Source: Octopus vulgaris
Lineage: Eukaryota
Reading direction: 5' to 3'
Assembly (NCBI GenBank): GCA_951406725.2
Contig: OX597830.1
Coordinates: 59,582,001 to 59,646,000 of the forward strand
DNA: 64,000 bases
Made by a program: the position numbers and the translations under genes
Shown: positions 11,379 through 24,999 of the stretch, piece after piece
How the letters are laid out: each line of letters starts with the position of its first letter
How positions within the stretch are numbered: position 1 is the stretch's first letter
Notes under the pieces: model-generated
Database searches by the model: none
Told to the model about the DNA's origin: nothing
The model's input: the letters and a program-made list of their open reading frames with translations, nothing else

Positions 11379-13660
11379 TCACTTATAAACCAATATAAAC
11401 CCTCACACTCCAACATATACACAAGCATACACACACACACACCACACATGATGCGTGTGTGTGCACAACACAGGATATTCAGATGCACACCATGGCAAAG
11501 CATTAAGAGGTTTTAGGGGACTTTTGATTTTTTTTCTTTGTTTTTTTTTTCTTTTTCTGTCGACCAATCAATATTGGTTGAAAATAATAACAAATGCTAT
11601 AACGAACAAGTAATTATCATTCATCAGGAAATCAAAGTTTTTGTTTTTACTTTTATGTAACTTAATACTTTCACATTTTGCTTTTCATGTTTTGGGGTTT
11701 CTTTTCTTTTTTTTTTTTTGGTCATTTGTTCTTGCTTAACCCAGCTCAGCTCTACTTGAACAAGCCTACAATAACCAATGGCATTCCAGCTGTGACGATC
11801 CCATCTGTTCTTTTTCTGTTAGACAGTAGGCTGTGATTTGAAGGAGATATATGGCTGCTATTTTTATCAGGTCGAGCAATATATACGGAGAGGTTCCCAC
11901 AGCAGTTGTTAAAAGTGGAGGGGTTGGAAGGTGAATAATTTTTCTCTTTATATTTATGTATTTATATTTAATTATATTTTTATAGCATTTAATTTTATAT
12001 ATTTCTTTTAATTTTATCATTTTCAGAAGAAATTTTTTTTTAAAATTAAGTATTGATTTGTTAATTAGGCACAAAGCCTAAAGATTTAGAAGTAGAGAGA
12101 TACAAAGAGGAAAAGAAGTAATGACAATAAAGATGATAATGAAGATGATGATGATGATGTATGAAAGTGGAAAGTTGTGATATTAATGCCTTTTCCAAAC
12201 GGGCAATAGCAGCGTACATAAAGTGACATGAAATGGCTTCAAAGCAAGAATGAAAGCCAAAAAATTACAAACCTATTTCACCGGAAGCTTACTACAACCC
12301 TACATCACTCAGACTTCATTTTCAGATCTGATCACCACTTGCTTTTGTTTCTTCCTTCATTTCAATATATTTTTATTAATTTTTTTCTTTTATTTGTTTC
12401 AGTCATTTGACTGAGGTGATGCTGGTGTGCAACCTCTTCTAGAGTAAAGTGGATGACATCAACCCAACCTAACCCCCTTATAGTACAGTGATGTTATTTT
12501 CTTTAGACTGGTACATTTTATTAGATACGCATGAAATGTTAAAATATAAAGACTGGAAATGAGAATTGCTGACACTTATGCATTCCTTTGCGGATTATGG
12601 ATAGAAAGAGGGAAATGGGTTGCAGATAAAGTCAACTTTAAAATGAGACGTGAATAGTGATTGTTGACAATAAGCCTGATGTTACACACTATGCTGATTT
12701 TATGTGTGTGCATCTATTACATCAAGCTGATGCTCAGTGCAACACTGCATCAAGTCGCTCATCTACTGCAACACCAATCACCAATGTCTGCAACCATTAT
12801 CATACAATCTGCTTCATCATGCTTGGCAGCTGCAATGTGTGCAATTTTTGGAAAGATTCGGGGCGGGGGCGGTATCTGCTGCATATTTACCATTCTGAAA
12901 GTGGTTTTTTTTTTTTTTTCCTTTTCTTTGGTGTTGTTGTTGTTGTTGCTGTTGTTCACAGTGGTAATGATGGTATTGTAGTTGTTGATATTGACGAGTA
13001 TTTTCACTGTATGGTTGTTCATTTACGGAGCAGTTTTACTTTCACTTGTGATGTGATGACGGTGGGTGGGTGGGTGGAGGAGCTGGGAGGATTATCAGAA
13101 GAGTAAGATGAAATTGACATTTCATGACAGCAATAATGGTCTCTTACATTATTAGAACAAGGAAATAATAATAATAATAACCAGTTGGATCCAATCTAGA
13201 ATGCAACTGGAACAGATTTCCTAGAATATGTCCACTTCAATGAGATTTCATTTCAAAATGTGTAAAGAATCCACTACTTTTTCACTCAAAATAATTAATA
13301 ATAATCTTTTCTATTATTGGCACAAGGCCTGAAATTAGGGCAGAGTTAACCCAGGTGGAATTTGAACTCCAAATGTAGAGAGCCAGAAGAAAAGCAGCAA
13401 ACCATTTTGTCCGATATGCTAATGAATCTGCCAACTTGCCACTTTATTAGATTGTTCCAAATTTAGGCACAAGGCCAGCAATTGAGGAGGGAGTAGCTGA
13501 TTACATGAATCCCAGAGCTTGGCTGGTACTTTCTTTCATCAATGCCAAAAAGAAGGAAAGGCAAAGTTGGCATCAAGCAGTATTTGAACTTCAAGAACCA
13601 GAACAAAATGCCACCAAGCATTTTGTCTGACAAACTAATGATTCCGACAGTCTGCTGCAG

Positions 13661-13914
13661 TAGTAGTAGTAGTAGTAGTAAGTTAATTTTTTGGCTCAAA
13701 AAGCAAAAAGCAAGGCCATGTAGGGGACATGGAGTTATGTACAGGGTGGTGTTCATGCAAAGAGTTCAGGCCATTTGTGGTCAAGGGAGACTTTGAACCA
13801 AGCGGTCGTCAGCATCTTCACTATCTCGTCCGGCAGCTTATTCCACAGATCCGCAAACCGGACGGAGGAAGCCCCTCTCCTTCGATTGAGATGAAATCGT
13901 TGCAGATAGAGCTT
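13661..13914 (-). mobile_element. CR1-clade LINE 3' end
   Basis: KLYLQRFHLNRRRGASSVRFADLWNKLPDEIVKMLTTAWFKVSLDHKWPELFA* (CR1 ORF2 WN.LP...FK..LD terminus), short 3'UTR and (CTA)n tail. Confidence 0.85.
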
Positions 13915-14162
13915 TTAATCCTTTCTACTAAGGGCACAATGCCTGAAATTTTGTGGGCGGGAACTAGTTGATTGCATCAACCCCAGCGTTAATCTATTGC
14001 CCCTGCCCCCACTTAAACTATTGCCCCTGCCCCCACTTAATTTATTGACCCTGAAAGGATGAAAGGCAAAGTGAACCTTGGTAGTATTTGAACATGAAGA
14101 TAGAAGAAATGTTGCTGAGTATTTTGCTCAGCTGCGAATGATTCTAGCAGCCCGTCACCTTA
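13915..14162 (-). mobile_element. SINE family C (with an internal 24-bp tandem duplication)
   Basis: Core GCCTTTCATCCTTTC.GGGTC.ATAAA shared with other copies; further degenerate copies at 13305-13660 and 14340-14480. Confidence 0.7.
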
Positions 14163-14501
14163 ATAATAATAATAATAATAATGTTTCCAGCTGAGGGTCA
14201 AAGGAAGCTATTTTGAAGGGATGCATTTGGTTGATAACATTGATCTATTGATCTCAAAAGGATGAAAGGGTAAAGCTGGTCACATCAGGCCTCAAACTTG
14301 ATGTCGGGATGGGGTGGGTGTTGTCAAGTAATTAGTCAATTTAATTAACCCCCACCCCAGTATTAATCTCCTACTTTATTGTACTGACTCCTGAAAGATG
14401 CAGGCAAAGTTGACCCTGCTAGGATTTGAACTCAAAACTTAAAGAAATACAAGGTACCTTGACCAATACTAACAATTCCACCAGTTTATTAACAATAACT
14501 A

Positions 14502-14534
<33 letters not shown>

Positions 14535-15269
14535 AAGAAGCTGTCAGATTTTAAAAAAATGAATTTCATTGAGAGGGAGAGGAGAAAAGGAGTTCAAAAT
14601 GTGTTAAAATATAGGAATTGGATACTCGCCTGTTTTAATTTTTTGCGACTTATGTACATGAATGTATATGTAAATGTGTGTGTGTGTGTGTGTGTGTGTG
14701 TATGCATAACACACAAGAAATCTTTGAGGTTCAACAACAACTGGAATATGTCATGGTGTGTGTGTGTGTATTTATGTCAAAGTGTATACATAATATAATG
14801 TGTGTGTGTGTGTGTGTGTGTACAATAAATATTTGTCAATTCGTAAAACAATATATTTCTAAAATTACTGGCCTTGAACTTGTTTTTGTTTTCATATAAA
14901 CATATATTACATATAAGCATATATATTGTTACACACACACACATACACACATATGTGTGTATATGTACGCACAGACACACACACACGTGTTTTAGTAGCG
15001 TTGGTTCAAAGTGGGTTAAAAATGTATTTGTAGAATCAAAAAGTGTCTGGAATTCTTGCAGGAACCTGAAGAAGTAGGGGGTGCGAGTTAGAGGAAGATG
15101 CTGGAATATATAATGATGACCACGATGATGGCAATGACTACACATAAGCCAAGATATAAGGTTCAAAGTTCAAAACCCCAGGTGAGGATGGACAGGTGTG
15201 GTGACATTGATGCCTTTCCCAAAAGTATTAGCCACATCATACTTGGTTTGGCCCATTTGTGTGTGTATA

Positions 15270-15308
<39 letters not shown>

Positions 15309-16817
15309 TGTTGAGATGGAGTGGAGTCACGTGATAATCATTCAAGTGTGTTGTATGAAGTGAAAGATATGAAACCTGTGTGTTATATATGTATTAACAT
15401 ATACATGTAATATAATAACATTGTGGGGGGTTGGTGGTGATGATGATGACGGAAACTGGCACTTATTCTTCGACTAGAAGTGAGCAAAATTTTCAGACTG
15501 TAACAATATTGAATAGTCAAACAATCTACATTCCTTCGGGGTTTTTTTATATCACCCCCTCCCCCCACCTCCTCATATTTGGTTTGTGAGATTTTTTATG
15601 TGAATTTGTCGCAACAAAATCCGTATTTGGAAATTCCCAGTAATATTTTGAAGCATTCTTATCCCTTAACTAAGGCTTTCGAAGTCAGATTATCCCACCC
15701 TGTTTTGAGAGTATTTCAAAACAAATAAACTAGTTAATAATACTTATGTTCAGCTTTTGTATGTGCATACATACATACATACATACATACATGCGTATAT
15801 ACACACGCTACATCTAATGAAATAGTTTACTAAAATGCGAAGGTGAAAAGTCAACTGTAAGGGAGATAACTCTTGTTCGATTATGTTGAGTTACAACCCT
15901 TAAAGAATTTTTTCCCGTTTTCAAATTTGTGAAACCATTTTTCCTTCTTTGCAAAGAGTTGTGTGTGATAGATATTTAAAACGTAACAGTAACGTTTAGA
16001 TAAGTTTTCAGCAGTTTTAGCTAAGAACGTTCTCCTTAATAAGATGCTAAACTACATCAGCAACTTACTTTATAATAATATCTGATGCCTATTCCTGTCA
16101 ACTTAGGGAAAGTGAAAGACCAACCACAGAATATTCACTCACATTCCAACTTATGAATTGTCCTAGAGATATAGTATGTATATATACATTGTATACATAT
16201 GTTTCTACCCATGTACATATAAGCGAACATGTATGTGTCTAAGAGAAAGTGAGATAGGGAGGTGTTTTACATCTGCCTGTATTCATTTATATATTTTTGC
16301 ATAAACACATCTATACACACGTGTTTATGTTTTATGCACATATATATATATATATGTGTTGTGTGTGTGTATACATGTATGTGTATGTAGAAATATATTA
16401 TAGCCATATACATACACGCACGCTGAGACTGTTGGTGATTTGCTGTGCTTGAGAAGACACGGCAAGCTTGGTGAAATCACAGTGGTGGCCAGGGCTGGCG
16501 ACATGAGAAGACGTACGAACACACAAACTTATGTGGATTGTTACGAAGGAATTTTTATAGAAGTCTGATTTTTCATAGACTTCTTACTTTTGCTTTCCCC
16601 CATTGAAACGGTTGGCTGCACAAATGATATCAGTTACAAATATGGAATCTTATTGTTCAGAATCAGTTGTTTACATGACCAACCACAGACAGTGGAATAG
16701 ATCTGAGTAGAAAACAAAAATTGGTCTCAAAACTACACAGCGAATCGTTACAAAGTATATCTGTATTGAGTGCGTTTTTTTTTTTTCTTCTTCTTCTTTG
16801 TTTGTAAACTTATGCAT

Positions 16818-16864
<47 letters not shown>

Positions 16865-17383
16865 AGAATGTGTGTGTGAGAGATTGAATACATAAATATT
16901 GATTTTTCAGACAAACATAGTTAAAGAGATTGGAAAGGATTTATTTACAATAACTAAAAAATAAATAAAAAATAAACATGAAAATTCAACAGGGAGGAGA
17001 AGGTTGGTGATGGTGGAGGAGGAGGAGGAGGAGAGGAACAAACAAGAACAACAACAATACAAACAACCTCCCTCTTGCATCAGGTTCTTTTACTCTCATC
17101 AGTACTTTGATGAAATATTAGGGAGAGCAAGTAAGCAGTGTACTCTGGATCAGGGTGGTTCAGTGGTACATAACAGTATACCAGGAGTAGTTGGGGAGGG
17201 AAAGCAGGTCAATCCAAGTCACTTAACAGTACAGAAGGGTACATCAGGGGTGTATATTTGTAACATATATCAGTGATTGTGTTAGTTTTATTTTTTCTTC
17301 CATATATGCATGCATACACACACACACACATCTGTCCTTGTTTGTTAGTATATATGTTTTAATATGAATCTGTATCTGTGATG

Positions 17384-17419
<36 letters not shown>

Positions 17420-18173
17420 GCATAAATTTTGTGTTCAAGAGCAGTTTAAGATAAACACCAATAAATAGTCACCATTGCAATACATAATTAAGTTAAATTA
17501 AATTTTAAAAACTGGGTTTACCCAAACCATCAGAAATGCTAAGTTACTCTAATAAGAAAACCATTGAGTAATGGGTTTGAACACAACATTCCTGGTGATT
17601 TGGGTAAACACAGACTTGAAAATTTAAAATATGAATCGTGATTATGTAATTAGACATTTGGTTGTGTTTATCATAACGAAACAGCTGTTGAGCAGAATTT
17701 ATGCTGTTCTACTTCTATGTTAAAAATTGTTTTAGCCAGTTATGTCTATACATACGAGTAAGTCCCACTTGGATTTATTCCAATGTAATAACATATTAGA
17801 GCTTAATGATCTGTTATTAAATGACCTCTCTTAATTACCGTAGATTCATTCTTTCATGTTCATACAGCACTTACAGACAGACAGATATCTATGTGAGAAT
17901 GTGTACATCATATATTCTGTATCATTCACATTCACACGTGTGAGAGACTTATCTATACTTCTCATCCTTCGTAAAGGATGAGGCATCAAGATTTAAGAAT
18001 GGTTCATGTCTTTTCTTTAATATTTTTCCATTTCCATATATATTAGAAACATAAGTCAATAAGTTACTAACCCCCATACTATACCTGACAGCTATTGTTA
18101 TGACAATGCTAATAAGAGTGTAACAATCATGACAATGATGATGATGATGATGATGGCAATGGAGTGATGGCTT

Positions 18174-18205
<32 letters not shown>

Positions 18206-18324
18206 ATAATGATGTTTACAAATAAAAATGGAAGTTTAGTGTATCACTTGTACCTGTTTTGTTGCATAAACAAAAAAAAAAAACATTTATTAGCTTTGCT
18301 CACATTAAAATCAATAACAACATT

Positions 18325-18541
18325 AGTTTTCCAATTTTGGCACAAGGCCAGAAATTTCAAGGAAGGAGTTAAGTCAATTACATCGACCCTAGTGTTCAAC
18401 GGGAACTTACTTTATCAACCCCGAAAGGATAAAAGACAAAGTCAACCTCAGTGGAATTTGAACTCAGAACCTAAAGATGGATGAAATGCCGCAAAGCATT
18501 TCGCCCAGTGTGCTAACGATTCTGCCAGATCACTGTCTTAA
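18325..18541 (-). mobile_element. SINE family C
   Basis: Reverse complement of the head ...GGCAGAATCGTTAGCA...GAGTTCAAATTCC plus the shared core. Confidence 0.8.
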
Positions 18542-18821
18542 ATAATAATAATGATATTGTTGACTCTTCAGTGTTTTAGATGCAATTGGTTGGAACAGCA
18601 AAATAATCTTGAATATGTATCTACACCTCCTCTCTCAACTTCCATTCCATTGGACTCAATGAATTGGGCACCGATAACATTCTAAGATGAACTCAATAAA
18701 AGCTAAACACATTTTGGCAAAATCTTGGGCTTGTATCTATATAAAAGTATTAAATCTATTTTATAGTTGTTGTTGTGCTTTTAACCACTTGACTCCTGAT
18801 GCCCTTTTAATTTGTATAATT

Positions 18822-19031
18822 CATTCAGATTAACATTCACATTACTGCTAAATTTATTGCTTATTTATTCATAATGTCTTGTGTTAATCCTGCAATATCT
18901 CAAACTCTGAGATTGTTTACTTTAGAATGGCATTGTGGGGTAGATGTGGGAAGCTGGATCAGGCCAGTTTCAACAGAAAGTAGGTAGAATATTTGGGCTG
19001 AATAAGGTTGGTCTAAAAGCTAAAGAGTTAA
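18822..19031 (-). mobile_element. piggyBac-type MITE (degenerate)
   Basis: Reverse complement of the 55896-56054 element; ends GCTAAAGAG-TTAA. Partial copies at about 20288-20460 and 43655-43750. Confidence 0.6.
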
Positions 19032-19069
19032 TTATGTAGGAATTATATATATATATACTGTCCCTCTCG

Positions 19070-19285
19070 CATCTGACCAGTGTCCAAAGTCAGGACGCCA
19101 TGATAGATCGTTAGCTACTATACGCATTTTTTTTCGCCTTGTTTTTTTTCTGTGTATCTTTCTGTCAAAGAGCGTAGGCTCAAAATGTAAAAGACTTTTT
19201 CTATTCCTGAGCGCTATACTAATGCATTTGTTTGTTTGTACTCCACCTGCCTTCGTCTTTTGTTTATTTTCGTAAACTTCCCCTT
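19070..19285 (+). mobile_element. Probable Penelope-like terminal-repeat remnant with a hammerhead-like motif
   Basis: CTTT-CTGTCAA-A-GAGC-GTAG-GCTC-AAAATGTA-AAAG at 19158-19193, in a complex-sequence island between TA repeats. Confidence 0.4.
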
Positions 19286-19439
19286 TATATATATATATAT
19301 ATATATTCCCTTTTTTTCTTTATATTTATATCTTTCTGTCAAGCACTTCTAGCAATTTTTAATTCCCACTTGTGGGCATTTTGCTTTAAAAAATCTTCTA
19401 GTAAGTTATAAAGAACATCAAATCTAGTTTCCATGTCAG

Positions 19440-19490
<51 letters not shown>

Positions 19491-21477
19491 TATCTCCGAT
19501 GACACTAATTAATTACCTGTTGATAACTCACTTAATGAAAATTACTTCCTCTAATCAATGTATACAAATGTGTGTATGAATACATAGAGATAGTTCTTTT
19601 AAAAAAATGTTATAAATTAGGATATTAAGTGGGAATTAATTGTAGCGTATGTAAATTAATTAATTACAGAATTCATTAAGCAACTCCTCTTCTCACAGGT
19701 TTATCAAAATATCATAAAGATGGTTCATCCATGTGAATGATTATAGGACGTTTGTACCAGTTCTAGGAGAGCAGAAATGGGCAAATAAACTAGGTAAGGG
19801 AGATAAATATGTCATGAATTCTTCAAAAGTACTGGGGGCGATGGCATTCACTAACCCCAAGTTATCTACCAACATTGACTTTGTGCCGAAATCAGAAACG
19901 ATTATTATGAATATCGTTGTTGCTGCTGTTGTTGTTACATTTGGCAGCCAATAAAAGAAATTATTATTATTATTATTATTATTATTATTGACATTTTTAA
20001 ATGAAATAATTGAAACTCAATATTTTCATTATTTTGCTTATTTTCCTTGGAGTTATTGTGCATAAATTAAATTGCCTAAACCTAGAGAGTAAAAAACAAA
20101 ACAAAAAGTTATGATAACCTGTAAGAAATTCTCCTTAAGGACAACTGAATTTATTGTTTTGGAAAGACATGGTCACTAACTAAAAATGATCCTGGTGCTT
20201 ATAGTACTGCACCAGCACCACTTTGTACTTGAATTATTCATATTCAGAGAGCAGAAGTCAAACTTTAGCCATAACAAACTATTGCTTTTTTAGCATTTAA
20301 ACTGACCGTCTCCAGCCAAAATATTCTACTGCTTTTGTGTTAAATCTGTCCTCTCACAATATTATTCTAAAAATAAACAATCGCATCAATGAAATCTCAA
20401 AATTAGAAGATGATGCATGGCTAATTCAAATGAATTTGAATAAATAAGAACATTTGATTTAAATTACTCTTGTACATAACTAGCATTTATTTTATCGACC
20501 CCTGGGCAGATTGAAAGACAAAGTTGACCTAGGCAAGACTTGAACTTGGACGTAAGAGTAGCACATAAATGTATACTCAGAAGCATTTTGTTTAATGCAC
20601 CAAAAACTACTAATACTACTAAAAATAATAGTAAGAGGAGGAGGAACAAACTGAACAAAATTATTTCAAAAATCTGAGAAAAAAAAAAGGATATAAAGAA
20701 ACTACTAGAACTGACAATAATTCTAATATGAAGTCCCAGTTTTAACAGCAAAAGTATAACCAAAGCTTTTAAAGAAAACACCAAATGTCACACATACACA
20801 CATATATATATACACACACACACACACACATACACATATATATATAACATTTGAATATTAATCCTTCAAGTGAAATGGTTCATTTGTTCCAATGATCAAG
20901 TTCTCAGTAAGATCCAAAATAACTGATTCCACCTGTTGCTGGATAAATATTCAAATGGAGATAGCTAAACTCTACATCTCAATGTGTATTAAGTACTTTG
21001 TTGAGTAGTGGTCTTAAAAGTTTTAACAGTAAAGAACATCCCACCTGTATATAGGCAGGTATATTCACACAGAGGAGCATGAGGTGTGCATGTAAATTTT
21101 ACTTTTACATACAAAGAAAGACCTTACCATTCTTAAGTTTTACACGTTTACTACTCCAAGTCTTTAAATGTCTCAACAGCAATGATGTAAATTTGATATC
21201 TTCAACTTTGGAATATCTGCTCACTCACACACACACATGCACACGTGTTTGGATATGTTATAAATGCTATTATACATAATACAGTCAAACATGGACAGAT
21301 ATATGTTATAAAGTCTGTTTTTTTATGTCAAATTGATGGGTGACAGTGACTATAAAGTTTTGACCAGCTAGCTTTTGTTGGACTGTGTCTCAAAGCCTGA
21401 CGAAAGCCAGGATGCTAAAACTTGAAAGTCATTATCACCCTCCTTGCAAAAGTATAACACTGTGTGTATGTGTGTGT

Positions 21478-21517
<40 letters not shown>

Positions 21518-22349
21518 AAGAGAGAAAGAGAGAGAGATGTTTAACAAAGGTAAATTTCAATTACAAATAGACTTTCATCAAGCTGGTTTTGTATGATTCA
21601 CTAAAATTCATTCACCGAATATTCAATTCATTTCGTGTATATTTTAATCGATTTCTTTTCGTTATCTATCTTTGAGTTTACATTCATTGCTAATTGAATG
21701 AAGATAGCGTTTTATTATTGGTAAATACTAATAAATCAGAGAATTCTCTAATACAGATTCTGTTGAAGATTTTTGCCTGAAGCAATTAATGAGATGATTA
21801 TAAAAGCCAGAAAAGATTGCTGGAATTTTTCAATCAAAGCCATCCTCATTATCATCATCATCATCATTGCAAATATTAGGAGTTAATGCAAATACAGGCC
21901 ACATGTTTGTACAATATTTTCAGTCATTTAATAGGAAAGCATTCTGATGCCAACCATGGCAAGATCATACTACATGTGTTTCCATGTGAATGGAAGCTGA
22001 CAAATTTACTACTCAACACCATTTACTATTTAAAAAAAGCTTCATTTCACTCATCTAGATGTTTTCATTAAAAGAACAGCCAAAATCCTTGAACAACACA
22101 CAATTCAAGTTATACTTTTACCTTCAGTAAACATTTGGTGAGCAAAAACAAAGAATCTGTCACAGCTGTTGATTTCTTTGACAGAAATGTCACATCAAAC
22201 TCCAACATGGGAATGTTAAAAAATTCCTTTTTAACAGATTGATATTGTCATTTAAAACCCACCAGTGTTGTCATAGATGCTGTTCAAACCAAGGTCAGCC
22301 TTGGTCAAGTAACCTATAAAAGACAGTCTAACCAATGGCCTTCCTCTTT

Positions 22350-22800
22350 TATCAGAGAATTTCAGAGGATTTGCAGGCAGATCAAGCAACAATGTAGATA
22401 CTCCTTTCATTAGCTTGTTTTCCAGTAAGATGTTGCTTTGATATTTATTCTTGGAGTTTTAAATGAAAAGATGGGGGTGGCTTCTTTAATGTTTCAGGAT
22501 TGAAGGATCAGTAAAGAGAAAGACCTATATATTAGACGCTTAATACCTAAGGAACTGAAGAATTAAAATTAAGTTAGGAGTCTTCCTTACCATGAGATAA
22601 TGAATAGTTATAATGTTTCTACCTTTCCAAAAAGAAGCAAGTGTGAAAAGGTTAACATGATGGACCCAGGATTGTAGGTTCAAACCAGAATACAGCCATA
22701 AACTCTACTTGCTGTATTCAGTCTTTATCACAACAGGTTGCATTCATGTTTAAATGGCAAACAGTTGAAACAGCAGTCTACTGATTCTACTACCTCACCA
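22350..22800 (-). mobile_element. Heavily decayed CR1-like LINE 3' fragment
   Basis: Stop-interrupted translation (RNIITIHYLMV...PHLFI...LLLDLPANP) loosely follows the CR1 ORF2 C-terminus. Confidence 0.35.
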
Positions 22801-22802
22801 CC

Positions 22803-22848
<46 letters not shown>

Positions 22849-22855
22849 CAACAAT

Positions 22856-23074
22856 CCTTTCTACTATAAGCAGAAGGACTGAAATTTTTTAGGTGGGACA
22901 GAAGATAGTTGATTACATTGACCCTAGTGTTCAACTGGTACTTAATTTTTCAACCCTGAAAGGATGAAAGGCAAAGTTGACTTCAGCAGAATTTGAACTC
23001 AGGACATAAAGACGGATGAAGCACTGCTAAGCATTTTGTCAGGTGTGTTTACAGTTCTGCCAGCTCACTACCTT
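22856..23074 (-). mobile_element. SINE family C (second partial copy at 23090-23235)
   Basis: CCCTGAAAGGATGAAAGGCAAAGTTGAC...GAATTTGAACTC core with an (AAT)n flank. Confidence 0.8.
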
Positions 23075-24492
23075 AATAATAATAATTCTTTCTAATTTTG
23101 ACACAAGGCCAGCAATCTTTAAAGAGATTAGAGGGCGGTCGATTACAGTGAGCCCCAGTATTTGACAGGTACTCTAACTTTATCAACACTGTTGGGATGA
23201 AAAGCAAAGCTAGCCTCAGCAGGATATGAACTAAATACAACAACAACAACAATAATAATAATATACATATTTTCAATGAATTATAACAGTAAGAAAGAAA
23301 CATTCCTCTGTATACTGTAAAAACAATAAAAAATAAATCATCACCATTTCACACTCAACATTTGATATCATCATCATCATCATCATCATCAACACCACCA
23401 TGGAACTCAACTACCAGTGACAGTGTTAACCATTTACCTACCACACCCACCCAAACACCTGCTTTTGTGCCTTTTTATTATACAACAATTATTTAGGAGG
23501 ATGTTGTATACCATCATCATCATCATCATCATCACCATCCTCATGGCCATTGATATCATCACCATCACCAATATCATCTTTGCCAACACCACCACATACA
23601 ACACTTCATTGCAAAGGAAAATATATTCTGTGTAGATGTATGACTGTGTAGATGTATGTATGCGTCTATGATATTTGTCTGTATTTTATCTGTGTGCATG
23701 CATTGTATGCACTAAGTGCATCGATATGTATGCATATATGCATGTGAATAGATGTGTACGGATGTGTGTGTGTGTCTGCATCCAAAAGAAGCTATGTGAA
23801 AACACTCAACACGCTCTAGCTGGGTGCATAGCTTTATTTCTATATACACCCTGACGCCCTATAATCTCATAATTGATGGAAGAACAACAACAACAACAAA
23901 ACAAAATGTTTGCAGCAGCAGCAGCAGGAGGAGGAGGAGGAGGAGGAGAAATGGAGAAAGTAGAGGAGCCTGAACAGAGGAAATGTGCAGAGGTAGTAGA
24001 GAAATAGCATGTGTGTTTGTATGTGTGTTTGTATGTGTGTTTGTATGTGTGTGTGTGAATAGATATATGCACATGTGTTTTATATCAATTTGTATGTAAT
24101 ATATATACGTATATATATTTAGATATAAGTGTGACCATGCATGCATATATGTGGTGTGTGTGTGTGTGTGCATGATAAAGTGTAGAAAATGTCAGAAAGT
24201 TAGAGACGAGGAGGAAGCAGGCAGGTGGAAGATGCGTATGCATGTGTGCCTATGTATGACTGTGTGTGTATGTATGGTTGTGTGTTTATGTATGACTATG
24301 TGTGTATGTATGGTTGTGTGTTTATGTGTATGTCTATATACATATATATATATGTAGGTTATATATATATACATACATACATAGACACACACGTGTATAT
24401 ACACACACATACAGATATATATATACATGTATACATATATATAGATATATACACATAGATATATATACATATATATATATATAAATAAATAA

Positions 24493-24530
<38 letters not shown>

Positions 24531-24597
24531 GAAGAAGATTCTGTAGTGTGTAGGGAAGAAAACCTTTTGTGTTATGGACTTGCGTAAGCACAGTGTA

Positions 24598-24927
24598 TCA
24601 GTCTTCTTGTAATGCAGGCTTGCTGCGACTCTGGTATAGCATTTTGATGCGTTCGTGGGTGCTGGCTGCGGCAGCGACAGCAGCCCTGCTCTGGGGGCTC
24701 AGGTTCTCGGGTGACGCAGATGACTTCGATGATGGGCTGGACAGAATTAGGGGCAAAGGGGAGTGATGCAATGGAGAGGGGTGGCTGACCAGAGGGAAAC
24801 TGATGCCTCGTTTCCGAAGTTCGTCTTGCAATATGGCGTTCTCACGTGACATAGTCTCAAATATCGTTTGATAATGCTGCACCTGTAACTGCAGTTCCTT
24901 GTTCGCTTGGATATACTTTTGCTGCAA
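24598..24927 (-). CDS. SKI: Ski/SnoN-family co-repressor, last coding exon
   Basis: Pyrimidine tract plus CAG acceptor (24930-24928), phase 0; LQQKYIQANKELQLQVQHYQ...PALQED*; continues the Ski C-terminal coiled coil. Confidence 0.92.
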   Translation of the reverse strand: MQQKYIQANKELQLQVQHYQTIFETMSRENAILQDELRKRGISFPLVSHPSPLHHSPLPLILSSPSSKSSASPENLSPQSRAAVAAAASTHERIKMLYQSRSKPALQED

Positions 24928-24999
24928 CTGAAAAGAAAAAGAAAAAAAATCACAAATAGAGGTAAGAAATTAACTGTAATATTAGAGGTAACAGTAGAG

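Noticed and set aside
13993-14040. 24-bp tandem duplication (also a duplication of about 30 bp near 39690-39746)
   Set aside because: Ordinary slippage within repeat or low-complexity sequence.
15859-15901. AAGGGAGATAACTC...GAGTTACAACCCTT inverted motif, reminiscent of molluscan Helentron-associated repeats
   Set aside because: Element boundaries could not be defined; too short to call.
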